From contig JBKAGP010000001.1 in NCBI GenBank assembly GCA_046290465.1, forward strand, positions 5,792,001 through 5,856,000: 64,000 bases of DNA. The letters run 5' to 3'. Made by a program: the position numbers and the translations under genes. The notes beneath the pieces were generated by a model, which saw only the letters and a program-made list of their open reading frames with translations, searched no databases and was not told where the DNA came from. Below, in pieces: positions 8,229 through 16,982 of the stretch (position 1 is the first letter of the stretch; every line of letters begins with the position of its first letter). This DNA is from Planctomycetota bacterium (GTDB lineage Bacteria > Planctomycetota > UBA1135 > UBA2386).

Positions 8229-9643
8229 ATCAGCACGCCGACCGGCGCGTTCACGAGTCCGTCGGGGATGCCGTCGACGAGGATCTCGCGCACGAAGATC
8301 TCGCTGCCCAGCGACGGGTAGACGCTGACCGTGCCGGAGAGCATGCCGGGCACGGTGTAGAGCTGTCGGTCGTCGACGCAGACGTGCGTGCTGGCGCCGT
8401 CGCTGAAGATCAGGATCTCGTGTTCCTTGCCCTGTTCCAGCACGCGCGGCGCGGTGCGGTGGCAGGCGCCGTTCTGCCACAGGTGGTTCTGGTCCTCGAC
8501 CTCCCAGTTGAGCAGCAGGTTCACCGAGCCGGCGTTGCAGCGGAAGTTGAGGCCCTGCGGGCTCTGGATGCCGCCGCGGATCAGCACCGCGTTCATCGTC
8601 GAGAAGCGCACCCGGTGGGTCGCGAAGTTGTTGGCGCCCTTCGCGGTGCCGACCAGCTGGCCTTGGTGGACCTGCCAGTCGCCGTTCGCGAACGCGAGCT
8701 GGGCGCGATGCTCGTCGCGGGTGAAGCGCAGCCGCGACAGGCCGTCGGCGCGGCACAGGCGATCGCACAGGCCGCGGATCCGGCCGGCGAGGCGGCGGCG
8801 ATCCTGCTCGTCGGCGACCAGGTAGGCGCGCGTCGCACGCTGCATCGCGCAGCGCAACATGCCGGTGCGCATCAGCGGGTGGCGCGCGCGCGCCGCGAGT
8901 TCGACCAGCTGGGAGTCGTCGAGCCGCCTGGCGTCCTGGGTCGGATCGAAGCCGTCCAGGTCCGAGAACAGCGGTCGCAGTTCGCGCAGCACGAACGGCT
9001 CGAGCATGCGGACCTCGCCGTGCAGCAGGCCGCTCGCGACCAGTTCGGCGCGCCACGGCGAGTCGTGCAGGCTGCCCTCGAGCTGCGGGGCGATCGCCCG
9101 CGGGGCGCGCAGGAACGCCAGGCGGTCGCGCACGTGCACGTAGAGCGGCACGTGCTCGGTGCGCAGTGACGCGCGCAGGGCGACGTCGTAGAACGCGTGC
9201 ATCGTGCCGGTGTGCTCGGCGTGGCTGTGGGTGCCCGCGGTGTGGAGCGCTGTCATCGCGATCGAAGCGATCTGCTCGGGTTCGGTGCGGGCCTTGGCCA
9301 TGCGCCGCAGCAGCGCGACGCCGGCGCGGTCCGGGTCGAAGTCGGGCGCGAGCGCACGTTCGTGCTGCATCGCCAGCCACGCGTTGTCGGTGCGCTCGGC
9401 CATCTCGACGGCCTGGCGCCACAGCAGGTAGCGCGTCGCGCGGTCGTCGGCGTCGAACGCCGCGGCCAGCACCAGCGCCGAACCGTTGGAAATGTCGCCA
9501 CCGACGGCCTGCGTGAGGCGCTCGGCCATGGCGCGCACGACGTTGGCCTGGGCCTTGTCGAGTTCTGCGTCGGTCGGCACGCCGCGGTTCTGGGCGAGCA
9601 GCGACGCGGCGCAGCAGAGCACGGTCGGCGTCAGGCGATGCAT
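8225..9643 (-). CDS. Exported hypothetical protein: helical N-terminus, beta-sandwich (lectin/LamG-like) C-terminus
   Basis: Signal-like MHRLTPTVLCCAASLLAQ, long ORF with host codon bias, coupled to queG. Start 9643 is supported by TAGCAT 7 nt upstream. Confidence 0.7.
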   Translation of the reverse strand: MHRLTPTVLCCAASLLAQNRGVPTDAELDKAQANVVRAMAERLTQAVGGDISNGSALVLAAAFDADDRATRYLLWRQAVEMAERTDNAWLAMQHERALAPDFDPDRAGVALLRRMAKARTEPEQIASIAMTALHTAGTHSHAEHTGTMHAFYDVALRASLRTEHVPLYVHVRDRLAFLRAPRAIAPQLEGSLHDSPWRAELVASGLLHGEVRMLEPFVLRELRPLFSDLDGFDPTQDARRLDDSQLVELAARARHPLMRTGMLRCAMQRATRAYLVADEQDRRRLAGRIRGLCDRLCRADGLSRLRFTRDEHRAQLAFANGDWQVHQGQLVGTAKGANNFATHRVRFSTMNAVLIRGGIQSPQGLNFRCNAGSVNLLLNWEVEDQNHLWQNGACHRTAPRVLEQGKEHEILIFSDGASTHVCVDDRQLYTVPGMLSGTVSVYPSLGSEIFVREILVDGIPDGLVNAPVGVLM

Positions 9644-9723
9644 GCCGCGCATGCTACCCGTTGCGGCTCAAGCCTGCTGCGGCCGGACGCCGATGCCAGC
9701 GGCGAGCAAGGCCAGGAGTCCGC

Positions 9724-10452
9724 ATGACCACCGATCGCAAGCAAGTCCTCGACCCGGAAACGGGCAGCTACGTGCTGCCGTCGCCGCCGCGCGGCCACCG
9801 CGATCAGTTGGTCACCGACCACGTGGCGGTGCCGCCCGGCCAGGCTTCGACCGCCGAGGTCGCACGCGCCCTCGGCGCGCGCTTCCACGTGCAGGCCGAG
9901 AGCCTGGACCTGTTCCTCGGCGAGCTGCGCGAACGGCTCGAACGGCTCGACGTCGCGATCGCCGAGGACTCGCGCGCGCAGCTGAAGGGAGCGGTGCGCG
10001 AGATCGGCAACGTCGTCGAGTGGTGCGAGGCGGTACAGGGTGAGCTGTTGGCGGAGAGCGAGCGGGCGCAGGGCGGTGAGGAGCCGATCGACCTCGCCGG
10101 ACTCTGCGAGCAGATCGCCGCGTCGCGGCAGGAGATGACCAACCCGATCTCGGTGGTCGCCGCCAGCTCGGCGAGCTGCTGGGGCGAACGCGGGCGGATC
10201 GCGCACGTGTTGCACAAGGCCCTGGACCTGGTCTGGGCACGCACCAGCCAGCGCGGGCTGCGCTGCCTCGAGGTCGAATGGCAGGACGCGGTGCCGTGCG
10301 TGCGGGTGCGCAGCCGCGGCGAGCCGACCGACGATCTCGATCCGGAGCTGGTCGACGCGTTCCGCGCCGCGGCCCAGGCCGCGCGGGTCGCGGTCGTCCC
10401 CGACGAGTTCGGGCCGGGTGGCGCGGGCCTCGTGCTGCGCCTGCCGACCTAG
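9724..10452 (+). CDS. Degenerate histidine-kinase-fold protein (DHp-like helices plus HATPase-like fold without N/G boxes)
   Basis: EPIDLAGLCEQI, WGERGRIAHVLHKALD, VRVRSRG and GGAGLVLRLP follow the HATPase_c pattern but lack the N-box Asn, the G1 DxG and the G2 GxG motifs. Confidence 0.6.
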   Translation: MTTDRKQVLDPETGSYVLPSPPRGHRDQLVTDHVAVPPGQASTAEVARALGARFHVQAESLDLFLGELRERLERLDVAIAEDSRAQLKGAVREIGNVVEWCEAVQGELLAESERAQGGEEPIDLAGLCEQIAASRQEMTNPISVVAASSASCWGERGRIAHVLHKALDLVWARTSQRGLRCLEVEWQDAVPCVRVRSRGEPTDDLDPELVDAFRAAAQAARVAVVPDEFGPGGAGLVLRLPT

Positions 10453-10631
10453 ACCCGGGCGGTCCGTAGGGGAGGGAGAAGGCCCGCTGCGACGGGCGCC
10501 GCGCAGGCCGGCTTTGCGCTCGACCGCCTTTGCGGTTCTGCGTGTCCGCAGGGTTACTTCCCGGAGACAACTGACTATGGCAAGATATCAGGCGGCCGCG
10601 GAATCCTCCGCGGCGCCCGACAGCCTCCGTC

Positions 10632-11570
10632 ATGTTGCACGTCAACCACACCTCGGTCGATCGAGCTGCTCTGTGTGAGCGCCTGTTCGAGTTGTGGGAG
10701 CAGACCGGCAGCCCCGCCCTGGAAGCCCTGGCTCACGGTCGTCCTCCCTGCGAGGGCGCGTCCGTGGACACCGCTCAGCTGTTCGTCGACTGGGTCAGCA
10801 CCTGCTTGATGGACAGCTACAAGGACACGGGTGACCCCGCCGTGTTCGCGCTCCTGTTCGAGCTGAACCGCGCGTCCTTCCTCTACGCGATCCAGTGCAA
10901 CCTGCGTCGCTCGTACCACCACGTGGATCCGCAGGACGTGCTGCAGGAGGTGTTCCTGAACATCTACCGCTACCCGCACCGGTTCCAGGCGGACCGCGCC
11001 GACGCGTTCCGCGGCTGGGGGCACCGCATCGCGCGCAACACGCTGCTGAAGTTCCTCAAGGGCCAGACGCGCCTCTCGTGCTTCACGGCGATCGACGAGG
11101 AGACCGTGCAGCCCGAGGACGTGCGCGCGCGCCGACCGGATCGCGCGGCCAGCGAGGCCGAGAGCGCGGTCACCGTCAACCACGCCTACATGCTCTACCT
11201 GCAGCTCTACATGCTGCACTTCCAGCGGCTGTCGGCGAAGGAACGCCGTGCGCTGACGATGGTGGAGATCGAGGGCAGCTCGTACCGCGAAGCGGCCGCC
11301 GAACTCGCGATCCGCCTCGAGAACCTCAAGATGGTCATCTTCCGCGGCCGCCGCAAGATCTTCCGCGGCATGGAGCGCTCGCTGGCCGAGCTGCAGGCCC
11401 GCAGCGACGCCGCCGATGCCGGCCAGCAGCCGGCCGCGCGTTCGCAGCGCTCGCTCCGGGCCCGGAGCCGTGGCGACCGTCCGCTGCGTTCTGCCTCGCC
11501 CCGCCCCCTTTTCGACCGAACTCGTCCGCCGCAGGGGAGATTGTGTGACCGCGAAGCCTCGGGCGCCTAG
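10632..11570 (+). CDS. ECF sigma-70 family RNA polymerase sigma factor with N- and C-terminal extensions
   Basis: GDPAVFALLF, DPQDVLQEVFLNIY, FRGWGHRIARNTLLKFL, LSAKERRAL...EGSSYREAAAEL...KMVIFRGRRKI. Confidence 0.9.
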   Translation: MLHVNHTSVDRAALCERLFELWEQTGSPALEALAHGRPPCEGASVDTAQLFVDWVSTCLMDSYKDTGDPAVFALLFELNRASFLYAIQCNLRRSYHHVDPQDVLQEVFLNIYRYPHRFQADRADAFRGWGHRIARNTLLKFLKGQTRLSCFTAIDEETVQPEDVRARRPDRAASEAESAVTVNHAYMLYLQLYMLHFQRLSAKERRALTMVEIEGSSYREAAAELAIRLENLKMVIFRGRRKIFRGMERSLAELQARSDAADAGQQPAARSQRSLRARSRGDRPLRSASPRPLFDRTRPPQGRLCDREASGA

Positions 11571-11615
11571 TCAGGCCTGAACTTCGCCGATCCCGCACTC
11601 CGCCGGCCTCTCCAC

Positions 11616-12674
11616 ATGCACTCCGCTCCTCACGACAACAAGCCCACCAAGGGCAAGCGTGGGCAGGATCCATGCCTGCAGATCCAGGTGGATCTGTCGG
11701 CGATGCTCGACGGCGAGCTGGATCCGGCGGGCATCCGGCGCGTCACGGTGCATTCGGACGTCTGTCCGACCTGCCGGGCGTTCTTCGACGGCATCCGCGA
11801 GCAGGTCGGCCTGCACCGCAAGCTCGCTGCGGCGATGGTGGTGGCCGACGCCGACGACCAGGTGGCGGGTAAGCGCGACGCGACGCTGCGTCGCCAGCTG
11901 ACCGAGAACCAGCGCAAGCTGTCGCGCATCCTCTACGAGCTGGGCCGCAACTTCACGCTGATGGGGCTGTCGCCGGAGTTCTCCCGCGAGGTCGCCAAGG
12001 AGCCGATGCCGGTGCCCGACATGGCGATGCGCGGCCGCAACCTGCTCGACGAGGTCGCGCGCACGGAAGACGGCGACGTCGACTGGGTCGCCGCGAAGGA
12101 CCTGTTCGACGGCCAGCTGCGCACGCCCGAGGAGAACCTCGCGCGCGGCCAGCGGTTGCTGACCGAGTGTCTGGCGCTGGACCCTGGCAGCGACGACGCG
12201 CGCATCTACCTCGGCCTGGTGCACTACGCCCGCGGCCAGCGCGCGCTCGCCCGCAAGCAGTTCCAGCACGTGCTCGCGCGGTCGTCGGACCTCGTGATGC
12301 GCGGCTTTGCGCTGTCCAATCTCAGTAACATCCACCTGGACGAAGGCGACTGCGACGGTGCCGTCGAGCTGCTGCTCGAACTGGTCGAGTCCGGGGTCGT
12401 CAAGGAGCAGCCGCGGCTCGTCGCCGCACTGTTCAACCTCGCCCTGGCACATGGCCTAAAGGGTTCCTTCGACGAGAGTTTGCGTTGGTTCGAGCGGCTC
12501 CACGGGGACGCTCCGCACCGCCGTCGCTGGGTCTCCCAGGAGCTCTCCCGCCGCAGCCACTTCCTGCACCTCGTGCATACCCACCCCGATGCGCGTGGGC
12601 TCGCCGAGAAGCTCCCGCAGTGGTTTCCCTCCGGTCCTTCCGTACTAGGGAATGGCAGGCTCGGCTACCGCTGA
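11616..12674 (+). CDS. Zinc-finger (zf-HC2/ZAS) anti-sigma factor fused to TPR repeats, soluble
   Basis: CLQIQVDLSAMLDGELD...HSDVCPTC (HxxxCxxC). TPR-like LALDPGSDDARIYLGLVHY, ALSNLSNIHL, ALFNLALAH. No TM segment. Confidence 0.85.
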   Translation: MHSAPHDNKPTKGKRGQDPCLQIQVDLSAMLDGELDPAGIRRVTVHSDVCPTCRAFFDGIREQVGLHRKLAAAMVVADADDQVAGKRDATLRRQLTENQRKLSRILYELGRNFTLMGLSPEFSREVAKEPMPVPDMAMRGRNLLDEVARTEDGDVDWVAAKDLFDGQLRTPEENLARGQRLLTECLALDPGSDDARIYLGLVHYARGQRALARKQFQHVLARSSDLVMRGFALSNLSNIHLDEGDCDGAVELLLELVESGVVKEQPRLVAALFNLALAHGLKGSFDESLRWFERLHGDAPHRRRWVSQELSRRSHFLHLVHTHPDARGLAEKLPQWFPSGPSVLGNGRLGYR

Positions 12675-12711
12675 TCGTTCGATCGGGTAAGCTGCCGACA
12701 CCCCACCTCCG

Positions 12712-13161
12712 ATGACCCCCATGCTGCGCAACCTGTTCTCGCTCCTCGTGCTCGCCCTGCTGGCGATCCCGGCTCCGGGTGACGAGACCGAAGGCGGTGA
12801 GAACGCGAGCGGCACCGGCGTCTGGATCCTGCCCGCGTGCGCCGCGGTCGATCCGGCCCAGGTCGGCCCGCTGGCCCCGACCCGTAGCACCTTCGTCTGC
12901 AACGACATGAGCAAGCCGGTCGAGATGAAGGTCTCGGCAGCGATGGGCTGCTCGTCGGCAACGATGACCTACGACGTGCTCGGCACCCCGTGCGCCCTGC
13001 ATGTCTCGGGTCAGATCGTCCGGGTCTCGCCCGCGGCGATGGCGGCGCTCAACCAGAGCCCGACCAAGACCGCCACGATCATCGTCAGCGACGCCGCGCA
13101 AAACGGCTACGTGCTGACGGTCAAGGCAGTCGGCACCAGCGTGCACTTCGACTTGAAGTAG
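12712..13161 (+). CDS. Small exported hypothetical protein
   Basis: Signal peptide MLRNLFSLLVLALLAIPA, beta-rich body, host codon bias. Confidence 0.75.
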   Translation: MTPMLRNLFSLLVLALLAIPAPGDETEGGENASGTGVWILPACAAVDPAQVGPLAPTRSTFVCNDMSKPVEMKVSAAMGCSSATMTYDVLGTPCALHVSGQIVRVSPAAMAALNQSPTKTATIIVSDAAQNGYVLTVKAVGTSVHFDLK

Positions 13162-13271
13162 TCGCCGATACCGGAAGCAGACGCCGGTTCTTGGAGCAGA
13201 CGCCGGGACCGGAGCGCGTCGCAGCTCGGCCGGCGCACGCGCCGACGGGCCCCGCCGAGGCGACCCCGCCC

Positions 13272-14057
13272 CTACGCCTGCGCCACCACCCGCTGCATCG
13301 CTGCCGGGTCGTTGGTGCACATCGCGTCGATCCCGAGCGCGCGACCGCCCCGCCAGCCGAGTTCGTCGTCGGTCGTATAGCTGCAGACCAGCAATCCGGC
13401 CGCGTGGGCCCGCTCGACGTCCGTGCGCCGCAGGTCGGTCGCGCGCCAGTGCACCAGACCGGCTTCGAACCCAGCCAGCAGCGCCAGCACCTCGGCGTCC
13501 GGGTGGGCGCAGAACGGATTGGGGCCGAGCGCGCCCAGTGCGAGCCCCGGAGCCAGCCGGCGCACCTCCTGCAGGAATCGCCAGTCGAACGACTGCAGGA
13601 TGACCTGATCGGCGACGCCCAGGGCGTCGAGGGCCGCGACGTAGCTGGCCGCGCGGCCGGCCTTGTGTTCGATCAGCGGCACCGTCTGCGGCAGCATCGC
13701 CGCCAGCGCCTCGGCCAGCGTGGGCACGATCTCGCCGCCGCCGGCGTCGAGCCGCCGCACGTCGGCGAGCGTGCAGTCGGCGACCAACCGGCCCGGCCCG
13801 AACGTGCGCGCCGCGTCGGTGGTGCGGTCGAACGTCGCGTCGTGCACGCAGACCAGTTGGCCGTCGCGCAGTTCGCGCACGTCGAACTCCTGCACGGCGA
13901 CGCCGAGGGACGTCGCGCTCCGGAACGACGCCAGCGTGTTCTCGGGGTGCCGACAGCTCTCGCCGCGGTGGGCCACGACCAGCGGCCGCGGGCGCGGATC
14001 CTCGTGAAGGCGGCGGAAGGCAGGGTGCGAAGATGCGTCGGTCACGGCGTCGGGCAC
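13272..14057 (-). CDS. Glycerophosphodiester phosphodiesterase (GDPD) family protein
   Basis: VVAHRG, PENTLASF, EFDV, CVHD, DRTT, VPTLAEAL, IEHK, QSFD, TNDP. Confidence 0.92.
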   Translation of the reverse strand: MPDAVTDASSHPAFRRLHEDPRPRPLVVAHRGESCRHPENTLASFRSATSLGVAVQEFDVRELRDGQLVCVHDATFDRTTDAARTFGPGRLVADCTLADVRRLDAGGGEIVPTLAEALAAMLPQTVPLIEHKAGRAASYVAALDALGVADQVILQSFDWRFLQEVRRLAPGLALGALGPNPFCAHPDAEVLALLAGFEAGLVHWRATDLRRTDVERAHAAGLLVCSYTTDDELGWRGGRALGIDAMCTNDPAAMQRVVAQA

Positions 14058-14103
14058 GGAAAAGGCGGGCGGGCGTGGGTGATCCTTCCCATAATCGTCG
14101 CCG

Positions 14104-14451
14104 ATGACTCCCGATATCTATCGTGTGATCCACGTGACCTGTGCCCTGCTGCTGTTCCTCAGCCTCGGCGCCGTCGTGTTCGGCCCCAAGGACAGCAAGC
14201 CGCCGAAGTTTGCGATGGTGATGCACGGCATCGCCCTGATCCTGATGGTGGTGGCCGGCGTCGGTGTCGTGCACAAGGACGACGGCGTCGACTGGGGCAA
14301 CTGGCTCTACGCCAAGATCGGCTGCTGGCTGTTCGTCGGCGCGCTGCCGATCCTGGTGCGCAAGGGCATGGTCCCGCGCTTCCTCGGTCTGGTGCTGGCG
14401 CTCGCCGCCGGCGGCGCTGCGGTCTGGCTCGCGATCACCAAGCCGTTCTGA
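14104..14451 (+). CDS. Small 4-TM membrane protein (SirB2-like)
   Basis: Four hydrophobic segments with IHV, MHG, WLYAK and a terminal TKPF pattern. Confidence 0.7.
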   Translation: MTPDIYRVIHVTCALLLFLSLGAVVFGPKDSKPPKFAMVMHGIALILMVVAGVGVVHKDDGVDWGNWLYAKIGCWLFVGALPILVRKGMVPRFLGLVLALAAGGAAVWLAITKPF

Positions 14452-14455
14452 TCGC

Positions 14456-15607
14456 ATGGTCGCCGAGCCTGCCGAAGTGCTGTTGCTGGGGCCGGGGCCG
14501 TCGCCGACGAGCCCGGCCGTGCGGCGTGCCCAGTCGCGCCCGCTGCTGGGACACCTCGACCCCGAGTTCGTCCCGATCCTCGACCGCTGCCAGCGCGGCC
14601 TGCGCACGCTGTTCGGCACCGACAACGAACTGACCCTGCCGCTGGCCGGGACCGGGTCGTCCGGCATGGAGGCGATGGTCTGCAACCTGGTCGAGCCGGG
14701 CGACCGGGTCGTCGTCGGCGTGCACGGGGTCTTCGGCAAGCGGTTCGCGGACGCGGTGCAGCGTGCCGGCGGCGAGGCCGTGACGGTCGAGGTGCCGTTC
14801 GGCGAGTCGCTGCGGACCGACGAACTGCTCGATGCCGTGCGCGCCGGTCCGACCCGGCTGTGCGTCGTCGTGCACGCCGAGACCAGCACCGGCGTGCTGA
14901 CCGACCTGCGCGCGATCGCGCCGGGCGTACGCGAGGCCGGTGCGCTGTTCGGCGTCGACTGCGTCACCAGCATCGGCGGGCTGCCGCTCGACTTCGACGA
15001 GATCGGCGTCGACGCGGCCTTCTGCGGCACGCAGAAGTGCCTGTCGGTGCCGCCGGGACTCGCGCCGGTTACGTTCTCGCAGCGTGCGATGGAGCGCGTG
15101 CACGCGCGCAGCCGGCCGGTGCCGTTCTACTTCGACACCCGGCTGCTGACGGGCTACTTCGGCTCGGAGCGCGCCTACCACTACACCGCCCCGGTCAGCA
15201 TGGTCTACGCGCTCGAGGCGGCGCTCGACGAGATCGATGCCGAAGGACTCGACGCGCGCTGCCAGCGGCATCGCGACGTGTCGGCGGCGCTGCGCCGCGG
15301 ACTCGCGCCGCTCGGCCTGGAGCCGCTGGTGCCGACCGAGCGCGCAACGCCGATGCTGACGACGATCCGCTACCCGGACGGCGTCGACGACCAGGCGTTC
15401 CGTGGTCACCTGCGGCGGGTGCACCGCATCGAGGTCGGGGGCGGGCTCGGCCCGCTCGCGGGGCGGGTGTTCCGGGTCGGGCTGATGGGCCACGGGGCCC
15501 GCCTCGAGAACGTGCTGCGCGCGATCGCCGCGTTCGGTGACGCGCTGCAGGCCTGCGGGCGGCGCCCGGACGTCGCCGCCGCGCTCGCGGCCGTGCATGC
15601 CGGCTGA
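14456..15607 (+). CDS. Alanine--glyoxylate / class V PLP aminotransferase
   Basis: LLLGPGPS, GHLDPEF, GTGSSGMEA, HAETSTGV, VDCVTS, GTQKCLSVPPGL, RVGLMG. Confidence 0.93.
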   Translation: MVAEPAEVLLLGPGPSPTSPAVRRAQSRPLLGHLDPEFVPILDRCQRGLRTLFGTDNELTLPLAGTGSSGMEAMVCNLVEPGDRVVVGVHGVFGKRFADAVQRAGGEAVTVEVPFGESLRTDELLDAVRAGPTRLCVVVHAETSTGVLTDLRAIAPGVREAGALFGVDCVTSIGGLPLDFDEIGVDAAFCGTQKCLSVPPGLAPVTFSQRAMERVHARSRPVPFYFDTRLLTGYFGSERAYHYTAPVSMVYALEAALDEIDAEGLDARCQRHRDVSAALRRGLAPLGLEPLVPTERATPMLTTIRYPDGVDDQAFRGHLRRVHRIEVGGGLGPLAGRVFRVGLMGHGARLENVLRAIAAFGDALQACGRRPDVAAALAAVHAG

Positions 15608-15634
15608 GCCGGCGCTATGGTGCTTCGCCGAGAA

Positions 15635-16213
15635 ATGAACGACGCCAAGATCCGCGCCACCATCGAAGAGAGCCTCGCGACCAAGCAGCGCTTCCTCGAC
15701 GCCTGCCCCGAGTCCCTGCGCGCGCTGTGCGACGCCGCGGTCGCCGCCCTGCGGGCCGGCGGCAAGCTGATGTTCTGCGGCAACGGCGGCAGTTCGTGCG
15801 ACGCGGCGCACGCCGCCGGCGAACTGGTCGGCTGGTTCGAGCACAAGGACCGGCCCGGCTACGCGGCGATCGCGCTCGGCCACCAGGTGCCGTCGCTGAC
15901 GGCGATCGGCAACGACGCCGGCTACGAGCACGTGTTCGCGCGCGAGGTCGAAGCGATCGGCAAGCCCGGCGACCTGCTGGTCGGCATCACCACGTCCGGT
16001 GGCAGCAAGAACGTCGTCGCCGCCATGCAGAAGGCGCGCGAGATGGGCCTTCGCACCTCCGTGCTGTGCGGCGAGAAGCGCGGTGCGACCGCCGACTTGG
16101 CCGACGTCGCCGTGCACGTGCCGTCCACCAACACGGCGCGCATCCAGGAGTGCCACCTCGTCTGCGTGCACGTTCTGTGTGCCGCGGTCGAGGACGCGTT
16201 CCGCGACGCGTAG
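15635..16213 (+). CDS. gmhA: Phosphoheptose isomerase (SIS domain)
   Basis: CGNGGSSCDAAH, TAIGND, ITTSGGSKNV, TARIQECH. Alternative start at 15617. Confidence 0.88.
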   Translation: MNDAKIRATIEESLATKQRFLDACPESLRALCDAAVAALRAGGKLMFCGNGGSSCDAAHAAGELVGWFEHKDRPGYAAIALGHQVPSLTAIGNDAGYEHVFAREVEAIGKPGDLLVGITTSGGSKNVVAAMQKAREMGLRTSVLCGEKRGATADLADVAVHVPSTNTARIQECHLVCVHVLCAAVEDAFRDA

Positions 16214-16227
16214 CGGGCCGCGCGCGG

Positions 16228-16902
16228 CTACTTGCCCGCCTTCTCCTTGACGCGGAAGCTGGCGCTCCAGACCCCGGCGAGCTGCTGGTCGGGGTGCAGC
16301 GGCCCGTTGATCTGCGTCTCGCTCATCGACCGTGCAGCGGCGCGCCGCAGGACCGCGGCCGGCAGTTCGGTCCCCGGCGCGCCGTCGATCGACTCGACGC
16401 CGGCCGGCTTCGTCACCTGCATCGAGCGGTCGGGCAGCACCTTGTTGCTCCACCGGCGCAGCTTCGGCAGCAGCGCTTCGAGCTCGGCGATCGGCTGCTG
16501 CGACGCGACCACCACGAACGTCGTGGTCGCGCGGATCTCGGCGCGGTTGCTCCAAGAGAGCGGCTTGCCGTCGAGCTTGCCCGGCAGCACCGAACGTCCC
16601 GGCGGCAGCGGGTTGGCGACGTCGGACTCGACGTCCGGCGACGGGAACAGCAGCAGCGTGCCGTCCTCCCGGCTGTGGCTGAACACGTAGGCGTGCCGCG
16701 CCTCGGTGCACGTGAACGACAGCCGGATCGGCGTCTCGGCGGCGAGCTCGTCGTAGTTGCGTGCCTGCGCGAAGTCGTCGGTCGGGCCGACGCGCCAGGT
16801 CGCGGCCGGCACGTTCTGCGAACCAGGCGGCGCCATCTGCCACCAGAGCGCGGCGGCGACCCCGAGGGCGAGCAGCGGCAGCGCGACGGTACGGGCGTTC
16901 AT
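16228..16902 (-). CDS. Membrane-anchored or exported DUF4384-like protein
   Basis: N-terminal hydrophobic segment, then IRLSFTCTEARHAYVFSHSREDGTLLLFPS...LPPGRSVLPG...FVVVASQQPI, the DUF4384 pattern. Confidence 0.65.
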   Translation of the reverse strand: MNARTVALPLLALGVAAALWWQMAPPGSQNVPAATWRVGPTDDFAQARNYDELAAETPIRLSFTCTEARHAYVFSHSREDGTLLLFPSPDVESDVANPLPPGRSVLPGKLDGKPLSWSNRAEIRATTTFVVVASQQPIAELEALLPKLRRWSNKVLPDRSMQVTKPAGVESIDGAPGTELPAAVLRRAAARSMSETQINGPLHPDQQLAGVWSASFRVKEKAGK

Positions 16903-16982
16903 CCACGGAGCCTAACCTGGCGCCGTGGTCGTCGTCGAGGGATGCTGTGGGGGCCTCGTCCTTCCAACCCTCGGAAACGATC

